Virus record (IMG/VR): IMGVR_UViG_3300006111_000001
DNA: 59,891 nt
Origin: a virus
Reading direction: 5' to 3' (one strand)
Part shown: positions 27,905 through 37,032 of the stretch, in pieces
How positions within the stretch are numbered: the first letter of the stretch is position 1
How the letters are laid out: each line of letters begins with the position of its first letter
Notes under the pieces: generated by a model
Database searches by the model: none
What the model was told of the DNA's origin: nothing
What the model saw: only the letters and a program-made list of their open reading frames with translations
Made by a program: the position numbers and the translations under genes

Positions 27905-28462
27905 TCAAGCAGACAACTCACGCAGCTTGGCCAGCCGCGCATTCAAATCACTCAGCTTGGCCGCAGCTTCGGCCTCGCGCGCCTCAATTTCAGCCTCGCG
28001 CTCATCCAATGCTTTATGCGCCGCCAATATCTGATCCCTGGCGGTTTCAATGTTTTCTTCGTGGTCCTCGACCGCCATTTGATGATCCGCCGCGACCTTG
28101 GCTGCTTGCGCATTGAAGGCTTCTTGCGCTGCATTCAAATCAGCCTCGCGCTGATTCAAATCATTCTCGCGCGCGTCTAGCGCCGTTTTGCGCTGATCCA
28201 AATGCGCCCGGATGCCTTCTTGAACATCCGACAATTGGTCAATTTCCACCTTGCGCTGATCCAAGGCTTTTTCCTTGGCCACCACGTCCGTTTGAGCCTC
28301 ATTGACTTCGGCCAGTAAAGCCGTGTTTTGCTCAATGGCATCTTTCAACGTGGCAATGACCTGCCCCGTGGTCGCGGAATCAGACAAAAGCACAATCAGA
28401 CCTTCAAGTGTGCCAAGCCCCTTTAAGGTGCTTTCCATTGGCATGTTTAATCCACCAAACAT
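27905..28462 (-). CDS. Coiled-coil protein
   Basis: 185 aa, strongly helical/charged (…AEIEAREAEAAAKLSDLNARLAKLRELSA). Confidence 0.4.
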   Translation of the reverse strand: MFGGLNMPMESTLKGLGTLEGLIVLLSDSATTGQVIATLKDAIEQNTALLAEVNEAQTDVVAKEKALDQRKVEIDQLSDVQEGIRAHLDQRKTALDARENDLNQREADLNAAQEAFNAQAAKVAADHQMAVEDHEENIETARDQILAAHKALDEREAEIEAREAEAAAKLSDLNARLAKLRELSA

Positions 28463-28473
28463 TGTCCCGATCC

Positions 28474-28773
28474 TTATGTGTTAGAAATCACAGATACGGA
28501 CGTTCCGCCGCCCGCTGGCACCGCAAAATATTCCGTTGAGTTTTGATACATCCGTGGAGACGTTGCCGCCGCAGCCACGTTGAAATCTACCGAGCAAGTG
28601 GCATCCGGATGCAGCCGCACCATGACCGTTTTGGGATTAAAGAACGCCGCGTAGGTCACGCCCGCCGTGATGGCCACCTTCTGCGTTGCCAAATACGGTT
28701 GATGACCAATCTGGCCAATCTGGTTTCCCACCATGCCCAATGACGAAAATTCAGTTACATAAAGATTGGCCAT
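28474..28773 (-). CDS. Hypothetical protein
   Basis: 99 aa ORF downstream of portal. Confidence 0.4.
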   Translation of the reverse strand: MANLYVTEFSSLGMVGNQIGQIGHQPYLATQKVAITAGVTYAAFFNPKTVMVRLHPDATCSVDFNVAAAATSPRMYQNSTEYFAVPAGGGTSVSVISNT

Positions 28774-28776
28774 GGC

Positions 28777-28938
28777 CTAACCCCCGCTCAATTTGGCAAA
28801 AATAACGCGCCAATGATTGGGCATCGGATCAGAACCAACCACCGCCCATCCGGCAGCACCATGCGCGTTTAATCGTTGAGCCAATTCTTCCGGTGTCATC
28901 CGTGGGAAATCGACCACGTTATACTCGTATGTGTTCAT
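28777..28938 (-). CDS. Small protein translationally coupled to portal
   Basis: 53 aa (MNTYEYNVVDFPRMTPEELAQRLNAHGAAGWAVVGSDPMPNHWRVIFAKLSGG); its ATG overlaps the portal TGA (ATGA). Not in ORF track. Confidence 0.3.
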   Translation of the reverse strand: MNTYEYNVVDFPRMTPEELAQRLNAHGAAGWAVVGSDPMPNHWRVIFAKLSGG

Positions 28939-30800
28939 TGACTGCCCCCGTTCCCAATGCCGTGCAGCATGGCTTGAACCGCGTTTTGCCCCCCGCCCAC
29001 GTCAATATCCGATAGTGTTTTGGCCCCTTGAACCGCCGCCAGGCTGGCTTGCCCTTGTTGCTGCGCTTGCATCTGCGCCGCGCGTTGCTGACGCAATGCC
29101 GCAACCTTCTCAGGCGAATTAAGGATATGTTTGGGAATAAATAAATCATCCGCGTATTCGCGCATCCAGGCATCCCGATCCCAAATATCAGCGATGGACG
29201 GATCACCCGCTTGCATGTTCCCAGCCGTACCAGCAAACCGCTCAAGCGCGGACGTGGACGAGGCTTTTTGCGCCAAGGCCAACATGCCCACAAACTCAAT
29301 TCCGATATTCACGCCCTGTAACGATTTGGGCAGCGGCGGCAGCAAACCCTTGCGTTGCATAATCGCAAACACCCGCTTAACCGCAGGTGCTAGGGCTTCA
29401 TTCTGTAACCGCTCAATCACCGGACCCAGCACTTGCAGCTTTTCTTGTTGCCGTTGTGCAACTTCATAAGCGGTCATGTTCTTGTTCGATGCCGTTTCCA
29501 GCATCATGAACAGGTCATTAAAGAACCCCTCTTTGATCCGCTGTTGAATTGCGGCCAAGTCTTGCATCATGTGATCAATGTTGGGCTGAACCGTATAAAT
29601 CGGTCGCATGCCCTTGCCATTGTCCAATTGATTCACATAAGTCACTTTGCCGGGCAGGATCGAGGAAGGCTCATTCTTCAAATCCATCGAAGCAAGCATT
29701 GGCGGACGCACCATTTTTTCAATGGCTTCCGCTTTGCGCATTGTCTCGACTTGCAACTGCATAATGTCCGGGAGCACGTCCATGCCCACCGAACGCCCAT
29801 AAGCATCATTGGACGTTGTGGCCCAGCGTGGAGCGTAATGCGGTTGGTCTAAGAAGCCCCGCATGGATAGGGGATAAGCCCCACCGGCACCCCAGACCCA
29901 ATAGACCTCGCGCCAGACAAAATCCCCATCCACGACGCCGACATTGCCGGAGCCATTAGGCGTCTTAATGGGAAAATTTGGCTCAATCGCATGCGCCACG
30001 GTCCGTTCGACTTCAAGCGAACCGCCCTTTTCCATCCACAGCTTTTGAATGTCAGACGGGCAATTCTCAATCCCAAACATTTCCACAATCGCGGAAACGG
30101 TCATAACAAATTGGCGATAAAGAGATTCAACCCGATTGGCCGATGACGAAGCCAAGAAATACTCACCGCAGCATGGCGTATAAGCACGGATCACATCTTC
30201 ATCATCCTCGTAAAGAATGACCGGACCCGTCCCAAAGGTCACCAAATCTTCAAACATTTGGGCGCCAGCGTCATAGAAGTTCGACCGGCCCATGACCTCG
30301 TAAACGCGGTTCTCGCATTCTTCAAACCAATCAACTGCGTCATCATCCATATCTGAACGATCAAGCAGCCCAGGCTTTAATTTGAACCACGGGCGAGATG
30401 GAGACATTAAACCGCTCATCATACCAGCCGCACACTTACGCATGGCCAGCGTGCCCGTAGGATCGACAATCGCGTCATTAATAGGCGAGCCGCGCACCAT
30501 GCTATTGGGTGTCGGCATTGCATTGTTAATAAAAATGCCCCGGCGCGGCAGGATATAGGTTTCAAGGATCGACCAATGCGACGCCCAGCTTTGCCGCCAG
30601 GATCGAAGCATGGCCAGCCGTGTCTCTAAATGCCCGCGCAGGATCAGCCAGTCATTGCCTTGCGTTACTTCGCGCACCGAAGCTTTGGCCGGTGTCATGG
30701 CTAATGCTTTTGGCCCGGCGCTTTCATACGCGACCTCGCGCGCCTTACGGCCCGGCTTGGAGCGTGTATCCGGACGGTCTGTAACCGCAGCGTCACTCAT
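28935..30800 (-). CDS. Portal protein
   Basis: 621 aa; position immediately after terminase; size and composition consistent with podovirus portal/connector proteins. Confidence 0.55.
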   Translation of the reverse strand: MSDAAVTDRPDTRSKPGRKAREVAYESAGPKALAMTPAKASVREVTQGNDWLILRGHLETRLAMLRSWRQSWASHWSILETYILPRRGIFINNAMPTPNSMVRGSPINDAIVDPTGTLAMRKCAAGMMSGLMSPSRPWFKLKPGLLDRSDMDDDAVDWFEECENRVYEVMGRSNFYDAGAQMFEDLVTFGTGPVILYEDDEDVIRAYTPCCGEYFLASSSANRVESLYRQFVMTVSAIVEMFGIENCPSDIQKLWMEKGGSLEVERTVAHAIEPNFPIKTPNGSGNVGVVDGDFVWREVYWVWGAGGAYPLSMRGFLDQPHYAPRWATTSNDAYGRSVGMDVLPDIMQLQVETMRKAEAIEKMVRPPMLASMDLKNEPSSILPGKVTYVNQLDNGKGMRPIYTVQPNIDHMMQDLAAIQQRIKEGFFNDLFMMLETASNKNMTAYEVAQRQQEKLQVLGPVIERLQNEALAPAVKRVFAIMQRKGLLPPLPKSLQGVNIGIEFVGMLALAQKASSTSALERFAGTAGNMQAGDPSIADIWDRDAWMREYADDLFIPKHILNSPEKVAALRQQRAAQMQAQQQGQASLAAVQGAKTLSDIDVGGGQNAVQAMLHGIGNGGSQ

Positions 30801-31157
30801 CCGAGCAGCGATGCCTTGGCCGTTGTCGCCGGTGTCGTTAAGCCACCAGCCCCGCCATCATTCTTGACAGTCCCGCTAAATCCCGCACCCGCCGCAGCAG
30901 CAGCTTTGCCCTTTTGTGAATTGCCAGCCTGATCGACATTTGCATTGGCCATAATTGGCGGCGCCGCAGCCGGTGGCACAGCAGGAATAACAGGAGCTTG
31001 AGGTGTCGGAGGTGACGAAAATAACGCGCCCAAAGGTCAATCCTCACGGTTAAGTGAGGCAAAATCTAAACCCGACGCATGGTCATTTGTGTTCTATGGG
31101 TGCGAATTGCACCCTATATGCCCCACGATTGGGGGCGGCAAAGCGGATATTTGGGTG

Positions 31158-31952
31158 CTATCGCTTGCCCCATGCAGAGGCGAGAGGATTGTAATCAACT
31201 TCATGTTTGTTTGGTCGCAACCCAGCGCGCACGCGGTAATCGTCAACCGGACGAAATGCGGCAATGTCAATCCCGCTCATAATCCCATACCGCATGCAGT
31301 CCATTAAATGGTCATTTTCTTTGACCACTTGCCCCTTATCGTCCCGGCGATAAATGCGATACTCGCTTAACGTATTTTGCAGCGTTTTAAATATTTTAAG
31401 CCGCCCCGTCGATAATCGCATCCAGGTCCGATATATGCCCGCTTCCCTCGCATTATTGGCCGTAATCAGCGTTAATCCTAATTGTTGATATTCCCATAAC
31501 AATTGCTCGCCATCCTTTTGTGCTCGACCGCGTGACGCCGGATCAATAACCCCCGGTATCCACTCTCCGCGCGCCTTAATGGCTTGAGCGTGAGTCGATG
31601 GTTCAGCCTGCCCGCGATAATGTTCAGAATAAGCGTAAACCACGTCCGATTCGGTATCATGCGCAAACCACAATCCCGCCGTTCTATTCCATCCCACGTC
31701 CATGGCGTAAAAATGTTTCCAATGAGCGGGTATTTCGAACGGATCACAGGTCACGTCATCTTCCGGCACCGGATAAATGGCGCCCGATCCAAGGGCCGGA
31801 ATGCCTTTGGTGCGCGCGTCCCGTTCATGCGGAGCATAAGACTTAATCATTTCCGCTTGCGCTTCCGCTGATATGTGCGGAACGTCTGCCCAGGAAACGA
31901 ATGTAATGTATTTCGCCATTTCCGTTAGCCGTTTTGCAAAGCAACGGCCCAA
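31158..31952 (-). CDS. terL: Terminase large subunit, C-terminal nuclease portion
   Basis: 264 aa; RNase-H-like terminase nuclease pattern (…HFYAMDVGWNRTAG…, …ENDHLMDCMRYG…). Probable true start is MAKYITF at ~31919, 5 nt after the HNH stop. Confidence 0.7.
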   Translation of the reverse strand: MGRCFAKRLTEMAKYITFVSWADVPHISAEAQAEMIKSYAPHERDARTKGIPALGSGAIYPVPEDDVTCDPFEIPAHWKHFYAMDVGWNRTAGLWFAHDTESDVVYAYSEHYRGQAEPSTHAQAIKARGEWIPGVIDPASRGRAQKDGEQLLWEYQQLGLTLITANNAREAGIYRTWMRLSTGRLKIFKTLQNTLSEYRIYRRDDKGQVVKENDHLMDCMRYGIMSGIDIAAFRPVDDYRVRAGLRPNKHEVDYNPLASAWGKR

Positions 31953-32449
31953 CGCTTGCCGCGAACAATGCGCCCAATTTGCGTTTGTTTTACCCCAAAC
32001 ATTTCACCTAATTGTCGTTGATAAAATTTGCCGCTTTTCCAAAGGCTTAATATCTTACGCACATCATCGACAGACAAGACGGCGTTATGATGCCGCTCAC
32101 CCATCAAACTTGTCCCATGCTTTCGCTTGTCCAAATGATTTGACGACCGAGTATCCCATCTTAGATTTGAATAATGGTTATTCGATGGATCGCCGTCGAT
32201 ATGGCAAATTTCCGCCCCGTCAAACGGCTTTAACCCTATAAAAGCATACGCAACCAATTGATGAGCTTTTTTGTGGATCGACTTACCATCCTTACGCAAA
32301 ATCACCATTGGATAGCCGTCAGATCGAATCCACATCTTCAATATTTTGCCAATGCGCGCGCCGGGAGCAGCCGTAACGCGACGAACAGCGCCCCATTCAC
32401 TAACTTCATAATCCTCAAAACCAGGCACAATCCGCCATTCAGCAATCAT
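31925..32449 (-). CDS. HNH homing endonuclease inserted within terL
   Basis: 174 aa; N-terminal NUMOD4-like (YEVSEWGAVRR) and HNH core (HQLVAYAFIG…ICHIDGDPSNNHYSNLRWDTRSSNH). Start overlaps the TerL-ATPase stop (ATGA). Confidence 0.8.
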   Translation of the reverse strand: MIAEWRIVPGFEDYEVSEWGAVRRVTAAPGARIGKILKMWIRSDGYPMVILRKDGKSIHKKAHQLVAYAFIGLKPFDGAEICHIDGDPSNNHYSNLRWDTRSSNHLDKRKHGTSLMGERHHNAVLSVDDVRKILSLWKSGKFYQRQLGEMFGVKQTQIGRIVRGKRWAVALQNG

Positions 32450-33219
32450 GACTTAACCTCCCCTTCCAAACGCGCACCACCCGGCATGAATGAAAGAACC
32501 ACAGCCGAAAGGCCGCGCAGCGGCGTGAACCCGCATATCACCAACCCGGACGGTTGACCGGGCACGGTCGAAAGCGTTCGAGTTAAGCCTTCCGAGTAAA
32601 TGTCCAATGGCGGTTCTTCATCAAATTGCATAATGTCGATTTTGGCCGCTTGGAACGATTCACGCCCCTGATCATAGGATTTAAACAGCATCCGCGACAC
32701 GCCGCCCGATAAATGCTTGACCGTCACGCTATCCACAGCATCCGGCACGCCCGGCCTTGGTGTCGCCTTGATGATATTGTCAGCCGGTATTAAACCCGTG
32801 CCATGGTCCCCGGTTGGCCCCAAATACGTCACTTGCAAGGATTCGCGGACGGCCTTGGTATCTTCGCCCGCCGCCCACATGGTCACAGGGCGATCAAACT
32901 TGCGCCCAACCCACCAATGGGGATACCAACCAGTTAAATGAAGGGCGCACTCATACGAACACCCAAACGTCTTTCCCGATCGGTTGCCGCCGACCAAAGC
33001 CCGCTCTTGATACGTGGCCCCAGCCGCAAAATGGGCCAAATGCTTAGGGTATAATTCGCGCCGCAATGGCCCGGTATCAGGATAAGCCCGGTAAAGCAGC
33101 GTCTTGCGGTAAATGTCATGCTCTAATTCGATAATGGCCTTAAGGCGCGCATAATCATCCACCGGCAGCGCTGCCAATTGTTCTGGCGTCAGCGCCGCAA
33201 CTTCATCGAACAAAGCCAC
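32446..33219 (-). CDS. terL: Terminase large subunit, N-terminal ATPase portion
   Basis: 257 aa; Walker A (GGNRSGKT), Walker B-like (IDIMQFDEEPP); ends where the HNH ORF begins. Confidence 0.75.
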   Translation of the reverse strand: MALFDEVAALTPEQLAALPVDDYARLKAIIELEHDIYRKTLLYRAYPDTGPLRRELYPKHLAHFAAGATYQERALVGGNRSGKTFGCSYECALHLTGWYPHWWVGRKFDRPVTMWAAGEDTKAVRESLQVTYLGPTGDHGTGLIPADNIIKATPRPGVPDAVDSVTVKHLSGGVSRMLFKSYDQGRESFQAAKIDIMQFDEEPPLDIYSEGLTRTLSTVPGQPSGLVICGFTPLRGLSAVVLSFMPGGARLEGEVKS

Positions 33220-33421
33220 ATTCGCCGCCTAACCGATGGTACAATGCTTTTACAGCCAGAAACGCCATAACCGGGCAATAGCCCGTTTCCCAATTCTGAA
33301 CCGTGCGCGCGGTCACGTCTAATACCAAAGCCAATTCAGCACGCGATAGGCCCAATAATTCCCGATATTCAGCCAATCGAGCGGCAAAATTGACCTGTTT
33401 GGAAATATTTTCAGTAACCAC
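33203..33421 (-). CDS. Small HTH (XRE-like) protein
   Basis: 72 aa; …LGLSRAELALVLDVTARTVQNWETG… helix-turn-helix pattern. Confidence 0.45.
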   Translation of the reverse strand: MVTENISKQVNFAARLAEYRELLGLSRAELALVLDVTARTVQNWETGYCPVMAFLAVKALYHRLGGECGFVR

Positions 33422-33456
33422 CGCGCAAACTCCTCATTTTTAAGAAATAATTTCCA

Positions 33457-33903
33457 TCAATGAACTTTTGACGGGGCAATCTCGCGCGCTTTCTTCATAA
33501 TCATCATAGCATCGGCAACGCGCTCGTTTGGCGCCATTTCCTTAACGGTATGCTCAATCGACCCTTTGTGCTCATGCTCGTGCTTTTGAACGAACAATTT
33601 GAGATACTCGCCCAGCTTTGCCCAAGCGGTCACACGCGCCCCGTGTGACGAACCTTCACCTGTACGCCGAGCCTCGGTCAAAAGCCCGTCCAGCACCAAA
33701 TCTGCCGTGATTTCAGCCGTTTTTATTTGCTTTGACACCAATTGAGCCACAGCCGCCTTCACCTGAGCATTCCCTAGCAAGCGCGGACCATTAACCTCTG
33801 CGCTTTTAGCCGAGTACCCAGCCCGGATAGCCGCTTGTGTCGCGTTTAAATCCTTAACGTATTCAAGAACAAAGCGTTGTTGCTTGGGGTTCAGGTCGCT
33901 CAT
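33457..33903 (-). CDS. terS: Terminase small subunit (Terminase_2/P27 family)
   Basis: 148 aa; N-terminal signature LNPKQQRFVLEYVKDLNATQAAIRAGYSAKSAEVNGPRLLGNAQVKAAV. Confidence 0.75.
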   Translation of the reverse strand: MSDLNPKQQRFVLEYVKDLNATQAAIRAGYSAKSAEVNGPRLLGNAQVKAAVAQLVSKQIKTAEITADLVLDGLLTEARRTGEGSSHGARVTAWAKLGEYLKLFVQKHEHEHKGSIEHTVKEMAPNERVADAMMIMKKAREIAPSKVH

Positions 33904-34027
33904 GCGTTTATCTTGCCAAACAATGACTTAGCCAAACACTCGACAAAGATTGCAATGCTGATCCTATTAAAAAAATCCAACATGACAGGCGGCATGAAAA
34001 CTTGGCCTTGGTGTTCAAAAGCGCGAT

Positions 34028-34261
34028 TCATGGCGTTTGGCCTTTCAACAATGATTTGGCCAGTCTCTCCACCATTTCCGCCGCAGCCACGCCGTGGAAA
34101 TACGCTTTGTTCCGACTATAGCCCGGCATAAACCGCGAATTGTAACGCCGGGATTCGTATTCAAATTGAGCGCGCAGGGCTTTTGAATACATTTCAACAA
34201 TGTGCGGAGGCAATAAAACGCCCGATTGGTCGGTTATGTCGCCAATTGCAATCATCGCCAC
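34028..34261 (-). CDS. Hypothetical protein
   Basis: 77 aa ORF. Confidence 0.3.
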   Translation of the reverse strand: MAMIAIGDITDQSGVLLPPHIVEMYSKALRAQFEYESRRYNSRFMPGYSRNKAYFHGVAAAEMVERLAKSLLKGQTP

Positions 34262-34488
34262 ATTCCAAAAAACTCGCGGGATACAAACGCATCCATACCG
34301 TTTGGCCCCAGAATGTCGCTGCCCGTAACGGGTTCAACAGGCTTTGACGCCAATCCCGCCATTTCCAATATCGCATCCACAAATTCTTCCGCCAGTATAT
34401 CAGACGGAGCAGCGGGTAATTCAACCACTCGTCCGTTATACGAGATGGTCACCGGCCCAATTTGCGGCATGTATTCCGGTTTGCTCAT
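34252..34488 (-). CDS. Hypothetical protein
   Basis: 78 aa ORF. Confidence 0.3.
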   Translation of the reverse strand: MSKPEYMPQIGPVTISYNGRVVELPAAPSDILAEEFVDAILEMAGLASKPVEPVTGSDILGPNGMDAFVSREFFGMWR

Positions 34489-34802
34489 TGGCCATCCATC
34501 AAATTAATGGCGGAAATAATCGTGCCAGTTAAAAAGCACAACCATCCAACGGCATAGAACATCAACGCTATCATGGTCCGCCTCGCGCTTTTAATTTCCA
34601 TCAATGACCGCAATTTCCAAGCCCAAACGCTCTCTTGAAAATTGATTTCAAAAAACAATCCAAGCATGCCCCCAAAAACAAATGGCACCCAAATCCGCCA
34701 GCCAGGCACATAACCGTTGACCACAGCCAGTATCGCGGGCGCAAAAAGCAAAAATTGCGCAAATCCAAATACTTTTAAAGCCGTTTGCCGTTTCATGGTC
34801 AT
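34485..34802 (-). CDS. Small membrane protein
   Basis: 105 aa with 3 hydrophobic helices. Confidence 0.4.
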   Translation of the reverse strand: MTMKRQTALKVFGFAQFLLFAPAILAVVNGYVPGWRIWVPFVFGGMLGLFFEINFQESVWAWKLRSLMEIKSARRTMIALMFYAVGWLCFLTGTIISAINLMDGQ

Positions 34803-34845
34803 GTATTTTCACCCGACGCAGCCAGCACCGACAAGCAAAAAACCA

Positions 34846-35406
34846 TTACCCAAACCTCCGCCCGACAAATTCCGCATGCCGCTTAAATGACCGCTCCCGC
34901 TTCTTATCCAAAGGAAAATAAGCAATGGCAGCGTGATCCGCGCAATATGGCTTATTCGATAACTTTGCGTCTTGGCAGTAACGCCAAACATTATCTTGCG
35001 GCCCCGGATTGCCATAGACCCAGCAGCACCCGCACGGTTCTTTAACACCCTCACCGGCCACAACATCACCCCACGCCGGATCAATCGGCAGTGATTTAGA
35101 TACCAAGCGCGGCTTCATTGGTTCAGTGACCAGCCTGGGCATCCGCAGCCCTTTAAACCCCATCACGCGCTTTGCATGTGCCTTGGCCTTTGGCTTTTGT
35201 TCGACCGGCTCCTGATCCGCCCCCTTGGCATTTGACAGCTTAAGCCCCAACCGCCGCAATTGCCCCATAACTGCATTGCGCGTGATATGCCATCCAGCCG
35301 CCTCCGAAGCAATTAAAGCAATCTGGCTGGACGATGCCCCAGGAGTTTTTTCCCAAGCCTCTCGAATGTATTTGCGCGAGTCCGAAATCTGAATGGCGTT
35401 TCTCAT
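34846..35406 (-). CDS. GcrA-like cell-cycle regulator homolog
   Basis: 186 aa; N-terminal …SSSQIALIASEAAGWHITRNAVMGQLRRLGLKL matches the GcrA N-terminal DNA-binding pattern; C-terminal …CGCCWVYGNPGPQDNVWRYCQDAKLSNKPYCADHAAIAY matches the GcrA C-terminal Cys/His pattern. Confidence 0.7.
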   Translation of the reverse strand: MRNAIQISDSRKYIREAWEKTPGASSSQIALIASEAAGWHITRNAVMGQLRRLGLKLSNAKGADQEPVEQKPKAKAHAKRVMGFKGLRMPRLVTEPMKPRLVSKSLPIDPAWGDVVAGEGVKEPCGCCWVYGNPGPQDNVWRYCQDAKLSNKPYCADHAAIAYFPLDKKRERSFKRHAEFVGRRFG

Positions 35407-35575
35407 TTTGTTTCCCCAAAAAATCCCGGTCGCGCCGGTTTTTCACCGCGATAATCCCGCAGAATGTCCAACCAATCCAAAACCGTAATCCATGCCGACG
35501 CGCCGATGATAAGCACCCCCATCAGCCAAAGCGGGCTTGTGACAAACACCCACCACCAAAATGATAGGGTTTCCA

Positions 35576-36130
35576 TCACGCCTCCGCCCTAAACATGGTC
35601 GCAACCTTGGCCCTGATGCGCTCGACCGATACCATGCGCTCGTCCCTACTCATTTCAACCGGCGCTGGATCACGCGGTGCCAAAAGCTTTTGAACCGCGC
35701 GCAATTCCGCTTGCTTGTCCTTCATTAGCTTCTCGCACCGGCTCCAAATGACCCCAACAACCGGAATAAACGTATCCGCCGACCGTATTTGCTCCCCGAT
35801 CACTTGACGCAAAATCCGCTCAGGAACAGGCGCCAAAATCTTGACGTACAATTCCCCGTCAAAATTGGTCAGTGCCTTTGATCGAACCAGCCAAGTCATC
35901 ATTTCGCCCGCAAAAGCCTTTCCGCAAGGTTGCAACGCATCAAACAAATCCCGGCTGTACCGGCTCAAGATCAAGTGTTGGTCCGCTGAAATGCCCACCG
36001 CTTGCCCCCGGCGCTCCACCATCCCCACCAACGGCGCTAGCGATGCTGGCAAGCGCGGCATCAAGGCTGGATTGCCGTTTTCCCTTTGATCCGCGCGCTC
36101 TAAAGCACCCTTCGATGAATGAGATTGCAT
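35576..36130 (-). CDS. Hypothetical protein
   Basis: 184 aa track ORF overlapping the upstream gene by ~190 nt; real start is probably an internal Met. Confidence 0.3.
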   Translation of the reverse strand: MQSHSSKGALERADQRENGNPALMPRLPASLAPLVGMVERRGQAVGISADQHLILSRYSRDLFDALQPCGKAFAGEMMTWLVRSKALTNFDGELYVKILAPVPERILRQVIGEQIRSADTFIPVVGVIWSRCEKLMKDKQAELRAVQKLLAPRDPAPVEMSRDERMVSVERIRAKVATMFRAEA

Positions 36131-36770
36131 CTATCGCCCCTTCCCGTTTTGCCGAACCCAAAACCTCAATCAAAGCCGCATCCCCATGAATGCCTCGCCA
36201 TCGGCCAAGCACTGACCGGGCTTGAGGCTCTTTGACGCCCTTGGAAATTAAAAATTTTAGACCATCAGTAAAAACCAAAGTGGCCAAATCGGGCGGCTTG
36301 CCGCCAGTTACGCTAGTAACTGAATCCTCTATATTGGATATAGGATTAGGATAGCTTTCGTGGGGGTTAGCCACTTGGTTATCTTTGGGTTTGCTTTGGG
36401 TTTCATCTAGCAAACCCACTGGGTTATTTTTGGGTTTAGCTTTAGGCCTGCCACCGCCCGCCCCATTGGTTCGCGCCCGCTCTTGCCGTAGGATAGCAGC
36501 GGCCCATTCTTTCTCTAATCTCTTTTGACGCCACTTGCCGTCAGTCAAATCAAAAAACCTGACCAACACAGGACGTAGCTTTGTAAATCGCGCCAATGGC
36601 ATCCGGCATATCCGCGCCATGGTTTCCGCGTCATCATCTAACGGCTCGCCATTGTTGCGCCATGTCGCATAAAGAATAAAATGATACGCTCCAAACAACT
36701 CAGCATCGCAATGCAGAGTATCGCCCAAAAGCGCATCCACAAACATTGGCATAACCGGCGCCTGGCTCAT
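35940..36770 (-). CDS. DUF1376 (YdaU-like) replication-associated protein
   Basis: 276 aa; N-terminus MPMFVDALLGDTLHCDAELFGAYHFILYATWRNNGEPLDDD… follows the DUF1376 pattern; Gly/Lys-rich linker and C-terminal domain. Confidence 0.55.
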   Translation of the reverse strand: MSQAPVMPMFVDALLGDTLHCDAELFGAYHFILYATWRNNGEPLDDDAETMARICRMPLARFTKLRPVLVRFFDLTDGKWRQKRLEKEWAAAILRQERARTNGAGGGRPKAKPKNNPVGLLDETQSKPKDNQVANPHESYPNPISNIEDSVTSVTGGKPPDLATLVFTDGLKFLISKGVKEPQARSVLGRWRGIHGDAALIEVLGSAKREGAIDAISFIEGCFRARGSKGKRQSSLDAALASIASAVGGDGGAPGASGGHFSGPTLDLEPVQPGFV

Positions 36771-36771
36771 A

Positions 36772-37032
36772 TCAACCCGCCTTCCGGTTACGCTTGCGCG
36801 TGCCGCGCAGGTGCATAATTGACGTGTGATCCCGATTTAATAATCGCCCCATTTGTGCGCACGACAACCCCAGCGGGGCCATCGCCATTACAGCAGCCCG
36901 ACGAGCCGCAACCAATTCACGAAACCGAGCCTCGCCTTTAATTTCATCAATGGTAAACCCATGGGATTTAGCCACTTCTGCAATGACATACCGGCCACGC
37001 TCAAAACTGTTAATGTGCTCAGGAATAATCAT
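36772..37032 (-). CDS. DnaA domain IV-like HTH protein
   Basis: 86 aa; …AARRAAVMAMAPLGLSCAQMGRLLNRDHTSIMHLRG… resembles the DnaA C-terminal DNA-binding signature (…RDHTTV…). Confidence 0.55.
   Translation of the reverse strand: MIIPEHINSFERGRYVIAEVAKSHGFTIDEIKGEARFRELVAARRAAVMAMAPLGLSCAQMGRLLNRDHTSIMHLRGTRKRNRKAG

Noticed and set aside
31900-32460. Group I intron carrying the HNH ORF inside terL
   Set aside because: The TerL-ATPase stop overlaps the HNH start and the TerL-nuclease start follows the HNH stop within a few nucleotides, leaving no space for intron RNA structure; cannot be fully excluded without RNA data.
34809-35446. Alternate-frame ORFs 34809..35084 and 35240..35446 overlapping the GcrA-like gene
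   Set aside because: The GcrA-like frame has recognisable conserved N- and C-terminal patterns; the overlapping frames do not.
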